Shown piece after piece: positions 9,501 through 19,171 of a stretch of 38,479 nucleotides of DNA. The DNA is from a virus (lineage: Duplodnaviria > Caudoviricetes). The notes under the pieces are model-generated. The model was not told the origin of the DNA, ran no database searches, and saw only the letters and a program-made list of their open reading frames with translations. The DNA is taken from positions 1 through 38,479 of the IMG/VR virus record IMGVR_UViG_3300022178_004177, one strand, 5' to 3'. The translations under genes were made by a program, and so were the position numbers. The number at the start of each line of letters is the position of its first letter. The first letter of the stretch is position 1.

Positions 9501-12500
9501 GTAACGGCTCGGATTCTCCAAAGTCTGGACCGTTGACATCACGTAACAAATCCTCCAGCGCAGACATCTCGGCTGAATCAAGAAAGTCAACACCTGGCGT
9601 GTTAGGTAAAGCAGTCCCTTCAGCGAGAAAAGAGGAAAGCGGATCGTTGGGATGCGTGTCGAGGTAGTCTTTAAAGAACTGTGGAACTCCTTGAGTGTTC
9701 AGTACTCGTGCATCGCTGACATCGTCAAGAGCTGTAGCCATTGGACGGTATAAGTCTTCAACAGTTTTGTTGATGTCTTTCAGCATTCTCTTAACGCCTT
9801 GCGTGACATTAGTCCTGCTTATCAGTGAAGTCGCTTTGTCCAAATCTGCAATCAGGTTCTGCATTTGTAGCGGCTCAAACCCTGTGATTTCAGACAGACG
9901 ATTCAAGGCTCCAGCCATATCAGAACTGGCCAGCACGATTAGCTCAGACGTCAGCATATCTACATTACCAAGTAGCTCCTGCGCAGTGTCAGCGTCAAGG
10001 TCTGCCCTCTGCAAAGTTTGCGCAAGTTCATTCTTAAAGGGTGCTATTGCCGCTCTTCCGGCGTCAGTCTTCATAGCATACAAGCCTTCTACAATGCCGC
10101 TCTTTGCTTGTATCTGTTTAATCAGTGCGTCAATAAATCGGCGTTCATACCCGATAGCTTCCGCTAGCTCACGCACCTCTGCGTCCGGAAGGAAAGCCGC
10201 TTCAGTCATACGACCGATGAGCCTGCTGGTCTCGTCGCCAAACCCAGTGCCAGACCGAGCAGTGGCTTCAGCTTTTAAAATAATATCTTTAGCAACAATG
10301 CCCAGCTCGTCTAATAAGCCTGGAGCTGCAGATTCAATTACTCCTGTAAGAGCTTGCTGTAAATCTTCAGGGCCGGGCTGCTCGAGGAATGCCGGCCTAC
10401 GCTGGGCTGCGTATATTCGTGCGTTCTCGGGATCGAGAGGAGCGCCAGATGCAATCCTCTGTAATGTGCCCACCCACTGCTCATTAAATGGTAACGGTGA
10501 AACTGGCGTCGCCCCAACTTGTGAAGTGTTGTACCAACTTTTCAGTGTGCCATCGCTTGGCCCTTTAAGCGCAACCTTCTCTGCAGCAACCACCCAGCCA
10601 ACACGGCTGAAATCGTCGCCCTTCATAAACTCGTCAATGACTGCCAGCTCTGCAAAGTTCTGATACAGAATCCAACCCTCTGGAGGATCGTCCCCCATAA
10701 AGATCGGTTTCAGTCGGGTCATTATTTCCTGTTGTCTTTCCCCGGCCTGCTCGACAAACCTAAGTTGCATTACCAGGTCATTGACTTTGCCTTCTGTAGC
10801 TCGGACGTCACGGTCAATCGCCTCGAGCGCTGCCTTTGCTCTAGTCTGCTGCTCTTTAGCTATCTCAAGTTGGCTTTTCTCGAACGCATCGAGAAGTTCT
10901 TGGTTTTCACCAAACACCCCTCGCATATCGTCGTGTAACTGCTGGGCTTCCCCGAGTAGCATATTGCTGTTCAGCTCTGGTTCTGTGATTTGATCCCAGC
11001 CAGCAGGGTCTGGGTTGTTTGAAGTCAGCAGTCGGCGGGTGTCTTCGTCAGACTGTATGATTTTCTTTTGCAGGTCGTCACGAATTGCAACCAGCTCATC
11101 GACAATACCAATGACGTCATCCGTGCTGGCAGCGATTATCGCTGTCGGGTTATCAACTAGCTTGAGAATATCGTCACTTACGGACCTTGCTCGGCTCAAC
11201 AAGCTAATGACGACTTGGTTACTCTCAATAAGCTGACGACCCATCTGGTCAATCATGCCGAGCATAAGGTCACGGCCCTCTGTCGAAACAACGACGGCCT
11301 CCAAACCTTCTTTCAGTTGATTGAAAGCTGAAAGTGTGGCTTCGTGAACATCTGTCAGAAGCTCATCGCCTTTCATTCTCGTAACAAGAATGTTGTCCAT
11401 TTCAGTCTGGAATGTTCTGACCAAAGACCGTGCCGTCTCGTCACCCATTCCAGGAATCTTTGTTAGCGCTGTGGATATCCGGTTAACCGTTGCTTTGCTT
11501 AAAGACTCCAGTTGTGCAATAAGATTGTCCGGCTGACCAACAAGGTTCCTGACCAAACCAGTCCACTTAGCTTTGGCCCCGTATATTTCCGTCACTATTG
11601 TGTGAGGTTTAAGAGCTGCGGCTGTGTCTTGAATCAGGTTAATAACAGCGGAAGCCTGACCCCCGTACAAATCTAACGTAGCGCTTCGCATTGCAGCTAA
11701 CGGATTAAAAGTGAATCCGGGCATTGCTGGCGATGGAGACATAACCAAGTCCAGCATATCAGCGTACTTTTTGCCGTTGTCTCCCAGCGAATCACGAATC
11801 TTGTTTTTTATCGATTTTATAGCACTTATTCGTGCTTGACCCTGTGGCGTTTTTCCTCCAGGAGCATACACAGGCAGCCTAAATATAGACAGGTTAGACT
11901 TCTCTGCTTTTTCTCGAGCTTCCTTCATTGCGTTTATAATGTGATTACGCAAATCTTGCCGGCGGCTGATATGAGGAATGTTGGGGTCAGAAGGAAGACC
12001 ATGACTTTTTCTCCATGCGTCATACCAGCGAGTAATCTCAGGGTGACGTGCGTACTCAGAGAGCATTTCGTCAGTCTTCTTTATGATTTCTTTCTGAATG
12101 TCCTGTGTAGTAGCGGCGGTAATGCTGTCGTCTGAAAGCCTGATCTCAAGATCGTATATTGCCTGCATTTTACTTGTTGCTTGAGCTGCTACAGTGCCTT
12201 CTGTGAGCAATACAGACTTCGCTACAAATCTTTCAAGACTAATACCGGGCACAGCAGACAGCGCCATCTCTAGGATTTGCTGTTCCAGCTGGTCCGTGAT
12301 AATCGAGTCGTCTACGTCTCGTGCTGCCCGTATTCGCTCGACCAAGTCGTCGACTGCTTTGTTAACCGCTTGCTCAATCTTGGGGGCTTTTTCCAAAAGC
12401 TTCTGTCGGATTGCTGAACCCGCATCCTCTGCGTCGTCAATGGCATTCATCAACACTGCAAGTCTTACAGTGTCAGCCTGCGATTCCGCTCCAACCTCAA

Positions 12501-15258
12501 AGACACTACCCCTTGAGCTTCTCTGCAATAGGTCTATAGGCGAAACGCCCGGCACTGCAATGTTTGCAGCTTCGAGGCGCTCCTTCATTAACTGGCGAAT
12601 GACAGATGCGATAGCTGGGGCGCCTGCTTCTTCTGCGCCAACGTCAGTGATTAACTGTTCCAGCTCGTCCATGCTGCCGGCAAGCGCTGAAGTAATCCCG
12701 TCTTCTGCCTGCAACAAACCGCCCTGACTGGAGAACAGGGAATCCATAAAGGTATTTACCGTGCCCAGGCCAGCCGATAAATCAGAGTTCACTGCGTCCA
12801 AAAACTTTGCAGAGCCTTCACCGCTGGCGAGCAGTGGCAACAAATCTTCTCGTCCCTGCAGCCAAGTTAAAGCCTGCTCAAACTTGCCGGTTTGTATCAG
12901 CGTTTTGAACGTGTCCAAATCTGGAATCATTACCCCTAAGTTTTCAGGAGTAATCAAATCCTCGTAAGAAGCTTCTGACATCAGGGCACGAACGAGGTCA
13001 TTGCCCAGTTCGCTTTCAGGTCCGTACATTCTGCGCAGGACATTACCCACTTGTCCGGGGTGTACGCCCAGATCATCGACAAGCTTAGTGACAAACGTTC
13101 GTTCTATCTGCGCTCGCTTCGCTGCAAACAATCGTGAGTACACAATGGCGTACAGGTTTTTGTTTGCGACCAGACCCATACTGTCGGCTTCTTCTCGAGT
13201 CAAAGAACGCACACGAGAAAATGGGTCTTCACCCTGCACACGGCCAAACTCGCTACCCGGCTGCAGACTAATATTCTCAACCTTCTGCCAGTTGGAATAG
13301 TTCAGCGGTAGGTAGTATTCCATGAACTCCATGGCCATACCGTGAGCAGCAGACTCGTCGTACACCTCAGTAAACTCTCTATGTATACGGCGCACAGTTT
13401 CCTGAAGCTGCTCGACCTGCTCTGGCGTGTAACCTTGCAGTCTGGGGTCTTGAGACATAAGAGGGATGTGCTGCTCGGTGTATCCGGGTGGAGTGTTCCC
13501 TGCTTGCAGTTCCATTTGTTCAGCTCTTGCAGCGTCTGCAGGGTCACCAGTGCGGCGGAGTCTTTCAATCTCTGCGTCGAATGCTTCTCGAGTAAAGAAC
13601 CGCTCTCCACTACGCAAGTGGCTTATCGCTGAGTCCTGTTCAGCGAGGACCGTGTCGACGACCACCTCGTATAAGTCTGCAGGCAAAGGCTGATCTGTGC
13701 CGTCTGGTGCCCAAGTCAATGTCTGCTGCGTGCGCCCTTCTGATAATACCTGCGCTTCCTTGATAGCGTTTTGTCTTGCAAGAAGTCTGGCATTTAGCAC
13801 GCCGGACCTTCTGGCGTTCGCACCGAAAGCTCGACTGACTTGGTAGCTAGCGCTCTTTCCAAACTTGGATACTGTTTCAGCGACCGCTTTGGTAGCGTTT
13901 CGTATTGGACCAGGAGTGTACTGGGCGGCAGCTCCCATCGCTTTGAGGATTCCCGTTTCCACAGCCAGAGCAAACTCGTCGAGCCACTGCGCCTCTGCAA
14001 TGACAATGCCTGACTGTGAGAATGGCGCTCTGATCTGCAGGCCACCAGGGTCAATCATGCTCCTCATGCCGCCAGTCAGGTTTGTCAGGAAGTCCATAAC
14101 GTTGTCTATCGTTACGTCTTTGCCTTCCATATCTAGGAAGTGCTTTAATACTGCGTGCGAGATCTCGCCAGTGGTGTCACCGCCAACAGCCTGCAGAAAT
14201 GCAGACAACTGCTCCGGAGAACCTCGCCCCTCTTCAATCAATCGGCGCAGTGTGCGAACGTCATTGTGCTTAGACAACATTGCAAACACAGCGTTAACGT
14301 CTTGACTGATACTGTCTTCTAATGACAGTCTGGCTACACCTTCCTGCACTTCTCCGACTGCAGCAGTGACGTCGTCCAGTTCGACAGTGGGGTCTAGGTT
14401 TTTTTTCACAATCTCAGCAAGGTCATTAGCTTTTTTCTGAGCAGCGTTGCCACCCAGTTGAAAAGCTTCGCCCCTCTTTAATGCTTCCAGACCTTCATCG
14501 ACAATGCTCAATGCAACTTTATTCAGCTCTTCTACAGGCGTAAACTTTTTCCCTGCAAGTATCGCCTTCCCTCTCAAAGGTACGTTTGTGGCAATACCTT
14601 TTGCAAGTCGAGCAGTCTGTGCTGAACCCAAGGATATGAAGTTGAGCGGGTCAGTAACAACGTCGAGGACAAAGCCCAACGTTTCACGGGACCAGTAGGC
14701 GTAACCGTCTTCACCTTCCCAGCCCAGATTCTCCAGTACGTCAGCGAACACTTCTTTGTCTTTAAGTGTCAGCCCCCGGTACGCCTCGACGATAGGGTTG
14801 GTTTCTTCAGTCTCACCTTGAGATAGGTTGACGACTGCATTGGTTGCGCCGGCCACTGCAAAGTTAAACGCACCGAAGATCTCAAGTAGCTTAATCCACC
14901 CAGAGGTTTCGGTATGTTCTCGTGGAATAAACTGCGTGTTGTCACCGTTGCGTATTGAAATATTCTTGCGCAGGTTCTTGAGCTTTCCTCGCTCGTCCTC
15001 TGTTAGCCCTGACTGACCAGGTCCAAACGGCTGTCGAGGACCAACGACTCCAGAGTCATAGAACTTTTGACGCATGATAGGGTTGGCGATTTGATCTTGC
15101 ATAAATCGCTGCGACAACAGCCCGGCGTCCTGCAAGTCCAGAAGCGTCCGCATGAACGGATCGACTTGCTGGTTAGGAAGCTGAAGCTGCGGCATATTCG
15201 GTGAAGATAAAGGCCTATCTTCATCTGGAGAGTACTGAGTGTAGATCCCGACTGGCAC
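6562..15258 (-). CDS. Giant internal virion / ejection protein (2898 aa) with LPD38-like C-terminus
   Basis: GTG start after AAGAGG. N-terminal VTDPLNFISLG, mostly helical. C-terminal FKWAMTLPWPAFHARN...FDY...LSPFERNVMRRLFPFYTF...LNPMLKIPVELYIGKN resembles large polyvalent virion proteins. Last gene of the structural operon. Confidence 0.7.
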   Translation of the reverse strand: MPVGIYTQYSPDEDRPLSSPNMPQLQLPNQQVDPFMRTLLDLQDAGLLSQRFMQDQIANPIMRQKFYDSGVVGPRQPFGPGQSGLTEDERGKLKNLRKNISIRNGDNTQFIPREHTETSGWIKLLEIFGAFNFAVAGATNAVVNLSQGETEETNPIVEAYRGLTLKDKEVFADVLENLGWEGEDGYAYWSRETLGFVLDVVTDPLNFISLGSAQTARLAKGIATNVPLRGKAILAGKKFTPVEELNKVALSIVDEGLEALKRGEAFQLGGNAAQKKANDLAEIVKKNLDPTVELDDVTAAVGEVQEGVARLSLEDSISQDVNAVFAMLSKHNDVRTLRRLIEEGRGSPEQLSAFLQAVGGDTTGEISHAVLKHFLDMEGKDVTIDNVMDFLTNLTGGMRSMIDPGGLQIRAPFSQSGIVIAEAQWLDEFALAVETGILKAMGAAAQYTPGPIRNATKAVAETVSKFGKSASYQVSRAFGANARRSGVLNARLLARQNAIKEAQVLSEGRTQQTLTWAPDGTDQPLPADLYEVVVDTVLAEQDSAISHLRSGERFFTREAFDAEIERLRRTGDPADAARAEQMELQAGNTPPGYTEQHIPLMSQDPRLQGYTPEQVEQLQETVRRIHREFTEVYDESAAHGMAMEFMEYYLPLNYSNWQKVENISLQPGSEFGRVQGEDPFSRVRSLTREEADSMGLVANKNLYAIVYSRLFAAKRAQIERTFVTKLVDDLGVHPGQVGNVLRRMYGPESELGNDLVRALMSEASYEDLITPENLGVMIPDLDTFKTLIQTGKFEQALTWLQGREDLLPLLASGEGSAKFLDAVNSDLSAGLGTVNTFMDSLFSSQGGLLQAEDGITSALAGSMDELEQLITDVGAEEAGAPAIASVIRQLMKERLEAANIAVPGVSPIDLLQRSSRGSVFEVGAESQADTVRLAVLMNAIDDAEDAGSAIRQKLLEKAPKIEQAVNKAVDDLVERIRAARDVDDSIITDQLEQQILEMALSAVPGISLERFVAKSVLLTEGTVAAQATSKMQAIYDLEIRLSDDSITAATTQDIQKEIIKKTDEMLSEYARHPEITRWYDAWRKSHGLPSDPNIPHISRRQDLRNHIINAMKEAREKAEKSNLSIFRLPVYAPGGKTPQGQARISAIKSIKNKIRDSLGDNGKKYADMLDLVMSPSPAMPGFTFNPLAAMRSATLDLYGGQASAVINLIQDTAAALKPHTIVTEIYGAKAKWTGLVRNLVGQPDNLIAQLESLSKATVNRISTALTKIPGMGDETARSLVRTFQTEMDNILVTRMKGDELLTDVHEATLSAFNQLKEGLEAVVVSTEGRDLMLGMIDQMGRQLIESNQVVISLLSRARSVSDDILKLVDNPTAIIAASTDDVIGIVDELVAIRDDLQKKIIQSDEDTRRLLTSNNPDPAGWDQITEPELNSNMLLGEAQQLHDDMRGVFGENQELLDAFEKSQLEIAKEQQTRAKAALEAIDRDVRATEGKVNDLVMQLRFVEQAGERQQEIMTRLKPIFMGDDPPEGWILYQNFAELAVIDEFMKGDDFSRVGWVVAAEKVALKGPSDGTLKSWYNTSQVGATPVSPLPFNEQWVGTLQRIASGAPLDPENARIYAAQRRPAFLEQPGPEDLQQALTGVIESAAPGLLDELGIVAKDIILKAEATARSGTGFGDETSRLIGRMTEAAFLPDAEVRELAEAIGYERRFIDALIKQIQAKSGIVEGLYAMKTDAGRAAIAPFKNELAQTLQRADLDADTAQELLGNVDMLTSELIVLASSDMAGALNRLSEITGFEPLQMQNLIADLDKATSLISRTNVTQGVKRMLKDINKTVEDLYRPMATALDDVSDARVLNTQGVPQFFKDYLDTHPNDPLSSFLAEGTALPNTPGVDFLDSAEMSALEDLLRDVNGPDFGESEPLLLQLQNMMNGVEQGSQTNTPNRAMYWLHRLKQLNNGTSANGPITQDQANNLLTGLDRYFERGKPKTASDAAKKKLVETRIPDARSDAAKQYESRAVLTNEVQALDEAIPQMETRTFVEDTLDYTPEQKAQWRGIYQMQNYLKLQIQRSEQMALHKVLMDLPSRAEMNYMLLRHQLGNLDAPAEQLEKINNMRLAGAGRGVMTPEQTAAIDEITTGRRVMLESAGELVFERAGNPIKTLLNIDIQDMDIDYEAGAVSQQFLKKVQEFLDELPEDQFALLGGSEGLRLVQGEDGSLIVANAAEAAGVVTDANASLVNAVAQVHDYLKLVEDTSGAMTGVPALEIQKKQLTRALDSFFSGDTIEATDQKRLLLQAVIGHQNIDKLSAAEASAVINYLQTNVKPDVTSFGRSSRASMQRADRVMLGLRDRGLLPRKLEARWQKGELSDEELLKEYQKLGSEMDVNDPERPVSLRFPGMARIMENGIDLSGKDLGQPITVPKWMADAVADAVAPEREFGPVLRGMLRSADALTNSFKWAMTLPWPAFHARNIMDATVRSMFALGTKSLSPTWNRKMLNIMQGGDEIVTINGVQYRSDVLLEMFEKLGGQVNFADKIGQTSVAMIAADPRILSPFSDNFVMRGVNSLADTASTIAGKGDNFFRLSIWLKNMEEGMGATDAMAYAQKFLFDYANGLSPFERNVMRRLFPFYTFSRFNVPLQLGLMFKRPGMISLMGKTQNLFSQKRTDPIDTLLPSYVREQWRFGPQINNGQLQIWTGRNLLATEELGFLGDLATWRGQSTPDILFDEVFARLNPMLKIPVELYIGKNLYFDSKISQDQTIRGAILDWPVIRDYLDMRKVRIGSGADTRVLYRVNGHRYHLLNQLHFSRLYRTVVSIAGDEDSTFFQSLVPFFTGLRLTSIDLSRRMQHLESVSNFNQEKIRKALNEGDFVAAQRILDLTERQPYQQLELNQAVSALEGLAEQTSR

Positions 15259-15271
15259 GTAGCCTCTTATC

Positions 15272-17443
15272 TTAGAAAGGTTGTTGCATTAGACCCAGCA
15301 AAGCCTGCTGCATTTCTTGTTTTTGAGCTTGACGTATAGATAAAGCACGCAAATACTCTTCGGCTCCCATTTGTGTTTCTTGTTGTAAAGGTGTCGGAGC
15401 TGGTGGTCCATACAGTGGCTGGGTTTCTGGTCCATACAGAGGTGGCTGGGTTTCTGGTCCATACAGAGGTGGTGGCTGGGTTTCTGGCCCATACAGAGGT
15501 TGATTTTCTGGTCCATACAGAGGTTGATTTTCTGGCCCATACAGAGGTGGTGGCTGCTGTTGTGGCGGAGCTGGACTATCACCCATTGCCATTTTCTGTA
15601 AATAATCCATTGGATACGCTAATTCGAGAAGTTGCCTTTTCTTTTCTTCAGTCATTTCTTCTACTGGTGCGTCTGCACGAGCTAGTTGCTTATCCTGCAT
15701 TAAATCAAAAAGGGTAGGTATTGGAGACTGGATCTTTAAGTCTTTAACATCATTAGAATTTAAACTGCTGTTTGGGTAAATGTTTTGAATTGCGGATAAA
15801 AGATCTTCGCTTGGTACATTTAGAAATGGATTTTCTGGCCCATACAAAGGTTGATTTTCTGGTCCTTGCAGAAGATTATCAACAGAACTCACTCCCGCCA
15901 TTGGGAAAATGCCAGCTTCTATCAATGCTTGTTGTTGAGCTTGATCTTGTGCCACGGCATTTTCAATCTTGTCTGCCAATGCTTGTAGTTGAGCTTGATC
16001 TTGAGTAAGTGGTCCCTGCAAAGGTGGCTGGGTTTCTGGTCCATATAAAGGTTGATTTTCTGGTCCATATAAAGGTTGATTTTCTAGTCCATATAAAGGT
16101 TGATTTTCTAGTCCTTGCAGAGGTTGTGGCTGCTGTCGTGGTATCGGCACATACGTCGCCTCTTTTTGATTTGAGAAAAAGAGGTCGTAGATTTCGTCTC
16201 CCATACCCCGCAATACACCTTCGATGGGACCGACTCTCTGGTCTTCTGGCAATCCCTGCTGCAGCTCTTGTGCCCGGCTCATCTTGCTCATGCTTCCTTG
16301 CAGCATAGAATCCTCGCCAAGAAACACGCCTTCTCCAGGCAATACCCCTTGCTCTTGTCCAATACGGCCCGCAACTTCTGCACCTCCTAAAACTTTAGCC
16401 AATGGCGCAGCAAATGGCTTTAAAAGAGGCCATAACTTTTGGTAAGCTTTATATAATCCATAACTAGTTCCTATAGTTGTACCTGGATTATCTGCTACAA
16501 CTTCCCCTGCGTCAGATAAAAGTTCTCCTGTTTTACTAAAAAATCCCGGTTCTGCTTCGGGAATGTTTCCGAGGATATCTACGACTGCTTCAGTTGCATT
16601 TTCTGCCAACCCGATTGTGTCTATGAGTGTGGGGTCTTCATCGATTTGCTCTTGTAAAGTTTGAGCATTCTCTTTAGACAGAGTGCCTAGAACTGCGTCG
16701 ACAACAGGCTCAGAGACTGCTCTTATCCCAGCTTCTGCCGCTTTTTTACCAAACGAGTTTACAGTTGCACGGGATACTTCTATCAGAGGATCGTCAGGAA
16801 TAAGTCGACCTGGATTTTCCACCGACTCTGATACTAATAACCCCGTCCCGCTTCTTGCGTTGTCTTCTGCCAACGTCTGCATGTATCCTTGTTGAAACTT
16901 GACGCCTTCAGAAATATTGTTGCCAAGGTCTTTGATTCTACTTTTTAAGCCCTCCATAAACCGTTGGGCTTCTTTAGCTGGAACTTCTGAGCTATCAATC
17001 ATGCTTTGAACTTGCTTCAGTTGAGTATTCACAACACGAATAATCTTAGCGTATTCTTCTGGGCTTCCACTCTGCATATTTCGGACAGCAGGAGACAATC
17101 CCAGATCTTGATTCAACATCGGATTAGAAGCCAGCTCCGGGTTGTCCATAAAGGTATTCAGGCTGTCTATCGTTTGATTTAACCTGCTGTATACGCTTTG
17201 ATTTTCGACGTCGCTGATATTTCTGATGGCTGTGGTTCCGGGAGTTTGAGCGACTTCTTCTCTTTGCTGCGCTTTCAACAATCCCCGCAGCTGCTCGCTT
17301 TGCAACTCCATTTGCTTACGGCTTAGTCGACGGTCTTCAGACTGCTGTTGATGTTGCATTAGCATCATCAGAGCCTGCATTGTAGAGTCTGCCGCTGAAG
17401 CCGTTTGAGATTGACGTTTTGCGTAGCTACCTAAAGTTGCCAT
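15272..17443 (-). CDS. Putative ejection (internal virion) protein with PLYGPENQ repeats
   Basis: 723 aa, Gln-rich; lies between the small pilot-like genes and the giant ejection gene; TAATG coupling with the upstream gene. Confidence 0.55.
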   Translation of the reverse strand: MATLGSYAKRQSQTASAADSTMQALMMLMQHQQQSEDRRLSRKQMELQSEQLRGLLKAQQREEVAQTPGTTAIRNISDVENQSVYSRLNQTIDSLNTFMDNPELASNPMLNQDLGLSPAVRNMQSGSPEEYAKIIRVVNTQLKQVQSMIDSSEVPAKEAQRFMEGLKSRIKDLGNNISEGVKFQQGYMQTLAEDNARSGTGLLVSESVENPGRLIPDDPLIEVSRATVNSFGKKAAEAGIRAVSEPVVDAVLGTLSKENAQTLQEQIDEDPTLIDTIGLAENATEAVVDILGNIPEAEPGFFSKTGELLSDAGEVVADNPGTTIGTSYGLYKAYQKLWPLLKPFAAPLAKVLGGAEVAGRIGQEQGVLPGEGVFLGEDSMLQGSMSKMSRAQELQQGLPEDQRVGPIEGVLRGMGDEIYDLFFSNQKEATYVPIPRQQPQPLQGLENQPLYGLENQPLYGPENQPLYGPETQPPLQGPLTQDQAQLQALADKIENAVAQDQAQQQALIEAGIFPMAGVSSVDNLLQGPENQPLYGPENPFLNVPSEDLLSAIQNIYPNSSLNSNDVKDLKIQSPIPTLFDLMQDKQLARADAPVEEMTEEKKRQLLELAYPMDYLQKMAMGDSPAPPQQQPPPLYGPENQPLYGPENQPLYGPETQPPPLYGPETQPPLYGPETQPLYGPPAPTPLQQETQMGAEEYLRALSIRQAQKQEMQQALLGLMQQPF
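15400..15560 (-). repeat. Coding tandem repeat, 24-30 nt units (P)(P)PLYGPE(N/T)Q, about 6 units
   Basis: Plus strand shows repeated ttctggtccatacagaggt / ttctggcccatacagaggt. Confidence 0.9.
15826..15875 (-). repeat. Two further units of the same repeat (LLQGPENQ PLYGPENP)
   Basis: gattttctggcccatacaaaggttgattttctggtccttgca on the plus strand. Confidence 0.8.
16010..16130 (-). repeat. Coding tandem repeat, 24-nt units PL(Y/Q)G(P/L)E(N/T)Q, about 4-5 units
   Basis: tccatataaaggttgattttct occurs three times in exact 24-nt phase. Confidence 0.9.
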
Positions 17444-17913
17444 TAAACCATTCCTCCCGCTGCCATGCCCATTTGCGGCTGCAACGCTTGATTGTATCCA
17501 GCTACGTTTGCCATATTATTTTGCATTTGCGACATCGGAGATTGCATATTTACAAGTCCCCTTAACTGGTCTTGGGCATTCTGAGTTGATTGTTGCTGGG
17601 CCTGCTGCATAAAATCAGTTTGCGGGCTACCAGGTTGGAATCCGTACTGAGCTAGATTCCTGCTTGCTTCAAAATCTCTTCGACGTTGAACTCCTTGAAT
17701 CTGATCCATGCCTCGAGATAAAACTTCTTTAGGATTAAATCCTTGCTGGTTCACGTTCCTCATTGCCATCTGCATTAAAGGATCTAAAGCGAACTGGTTT
17801 GCTAGTTGCTGTTGAAAACCGAACTGCGTATTTTGCATTCCTTGAGCCATGTCTGCTTGGCTTTTACCTGACAAATACGACAACCCCGCTCCAAGTGCTA
17901 AAGCTGGTAACAT
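17443..17913 (-). CDS. Small Gln/Met/Gly-rich ejection/pilot-like protein
   Basis: N-terminal MLPALALGAGLSYLSG, Gln-rich helix; composition and position match P22 gp7 / T7 gp14-class proteins. Confidence 0.5.
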   Translation of the reverse strand: MLPALALGAGLSYLSGKSQADMAQGMQNTQFGFQQQLANQFALDPLMQMAMRNVNQQGFNPKEVLSRGMDQIQGVQRRRDFEASRNLAQYGFQPGSPQTDFMQQAQQQSTQNAQDQLRGLVNMQSPMSQMQNNMANVAGYNQALQPQMGMAAGGMV

Positions 17914-18599
17914 TATCCTATTGCCTTTCCAGCGGCTCCGTACACGCCACCTAAGTATTGCGAAGCATTCAAGGATGCATTCCTTCTTGACTGCGCCGCT
18001 GCTTCACCTAACTGCATCTGCAAACCAGCCGCTGATTGACCTGCTTGGCCATAGTTCAGTAAACCAGACATATCCTGTTGAAGATTACCAGTTGGCTGCA
18101 TTGCTAAGGACTGTCCAAGTTGACGGTTCTGTTCTCCCGCCATGGCTGATCTCTGTTTACCACTAAATGGGTCGGTGGACATAAGTCTACCTAGTGCCAT
18201 TCTCATCTGAACTTGGCGTGGGTCTATGCCTCCGCCTCCAGGACCACCTGATAAAATGGTTCCCGGTGCTAAGACTCGGTCATACATTGACATGCCGCCA
18301 GTGTCACGACCTACTACTCTGGCACCTGCATTCTCACCCATTAAATCACCACGACCCAAAAGACTCATAAGAGAATTCTGCGTACCCTGCAAAGCTCTTT
18401 GATAACCTTGTTCTTGGACATTGTTCATGGCTTGTTGGCCAAAGTAGTTGCCAATAGCTGATCCCATGCCTAAACCAAGACTAGCATTAGACCCGCCCAT
18501 AAAGTTCATTAACTGATCGCCCCAACTCGGAGCAGTTTGATCAAAAACTGTAGCCGCCATACTCGTACTCATTGGTAAATTCATTATGACACCGTCCAT
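17913..18599 (-). CDS. Gly/Gln/Met-rich ejection/pilot-like protein
   Basis: GLGMGSAIGNYFG and terminal LGGVYGAAGKAIG Gly-rich segments; follows the tail genes. Confidence 0.5.
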   Translation of the reverse strand: MDGVIMNLPMSTSMAATVFDQTAPSWGDQLMNFMGGSNASLGLGMGSAIGNYFGQQAMNNVQEQGYQRALQGTQNSLMSLLGRGDLMGENAGARVVGRDTGGMSMYDRVLAPGTILSGGPGGGGIDPRQVQMRMALGRLMSTDPFSGKQRSAMAGEQNRQLGQSLAMQPTGNLQQDMSGLLNYGQAGQSAAGLQMQLGEAAAQSRRNASLNASQYLGGVYGAAGKAIG

Positions 18600-19171
18600 T
18601 GCACGGCCTGCATTTGGCCGAAGTACGTTCCGCTACCAGTACTACTCGTAGGCTTTAAATACAACGCAAACGTGCGTTCTGTCGTTGCTGTGTTGCTTAT
18701 CAACATTTGATGAACACACGGGACTGGTAGACTTCCGTCTGTGTCAAAACCAGTAAGCAAAGTTTTCAAGAATGTCGTGGCACCGCCAGTGGTTTCTCTG
18801 ATAGTTACAGACATTATTAAATCGTTAGAAGTGTCGATAAATCCGTTGACGTAAAGCATGAACGGAGCCGCTAAAATCGGAGTAACAGACACATCTGTTA
18901 TAGAAGAGCCGGCACCTGAACTGGTATAGGTGACTGATTTATTTGTTTCGTCAGTTTCTCCAATAACCGTAACAGCCACACTCAGGTTGTTGATTTGATT
19001 TTCCAGAGTAGTCACTGTTGAACTAAGCGACGTCACGCTGCCGGACACCGTGTTTATTTCTCCGCCAAGAGTTGCGTTTAAAGCGCTATCTCTACGGCGT
19101 ATATCGTCATATATCTGACGGCCTTCTGGAGCAACTGGGCCAACTCTATGGTATATCCTAGGATCACTCAC
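18584..19171 (-). CDS. Putative tail needle / short fibre (coiled coil + beta-rich tip)
   Basis: Heptad run INTVSGSVTSLSSTVTTLENQINNL then a beta-rich C-domain; directly after the nozzle, as for P22 gp26. Confidence 0.45.
   Translation of the reverse strand: MSDPRIYHRVGPVAPEGRQIYDDIRRRDSALNATLGGEINTVSGSVTSLSSTVTTLENQINNLSVAVTVIGETDETNKSVTYTSSGAGSSITDVSVTPILAAPFMLYVNGFIDTSNDLIMSVTIRETTGGATTFLKTLLTGFDTDGSLPVPCVHQMLISNTATTERTFALYLKPTSSTGSGTYFGQMQAVQWTVS

Noticed and set aside
6802-15016. Many plus-strand ORFs (up to 322 aa) opposite the giant gene
   Set aside because: They are antisense shadows with Ser/Ile-rich translations and no motifs, as expected from the codon usage of the real gene.
15400-15560. 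PPxY (eukaryotic late domain) or XYG (radical-SAM splicease site) reading of the PPLYG repeats
   Set aside because: The context is a bacteriophage and no radical SAM gene is in the window; these short motifs are not supportable without more data.
15400-16130. Repeats as a CRISPR array or DGR template/variable pair
   Set aside because: Units are adjacent, in-frame and lack unique spacers. No cas or reverse transcriptase gene is present, and the differences are not adenine-specific.
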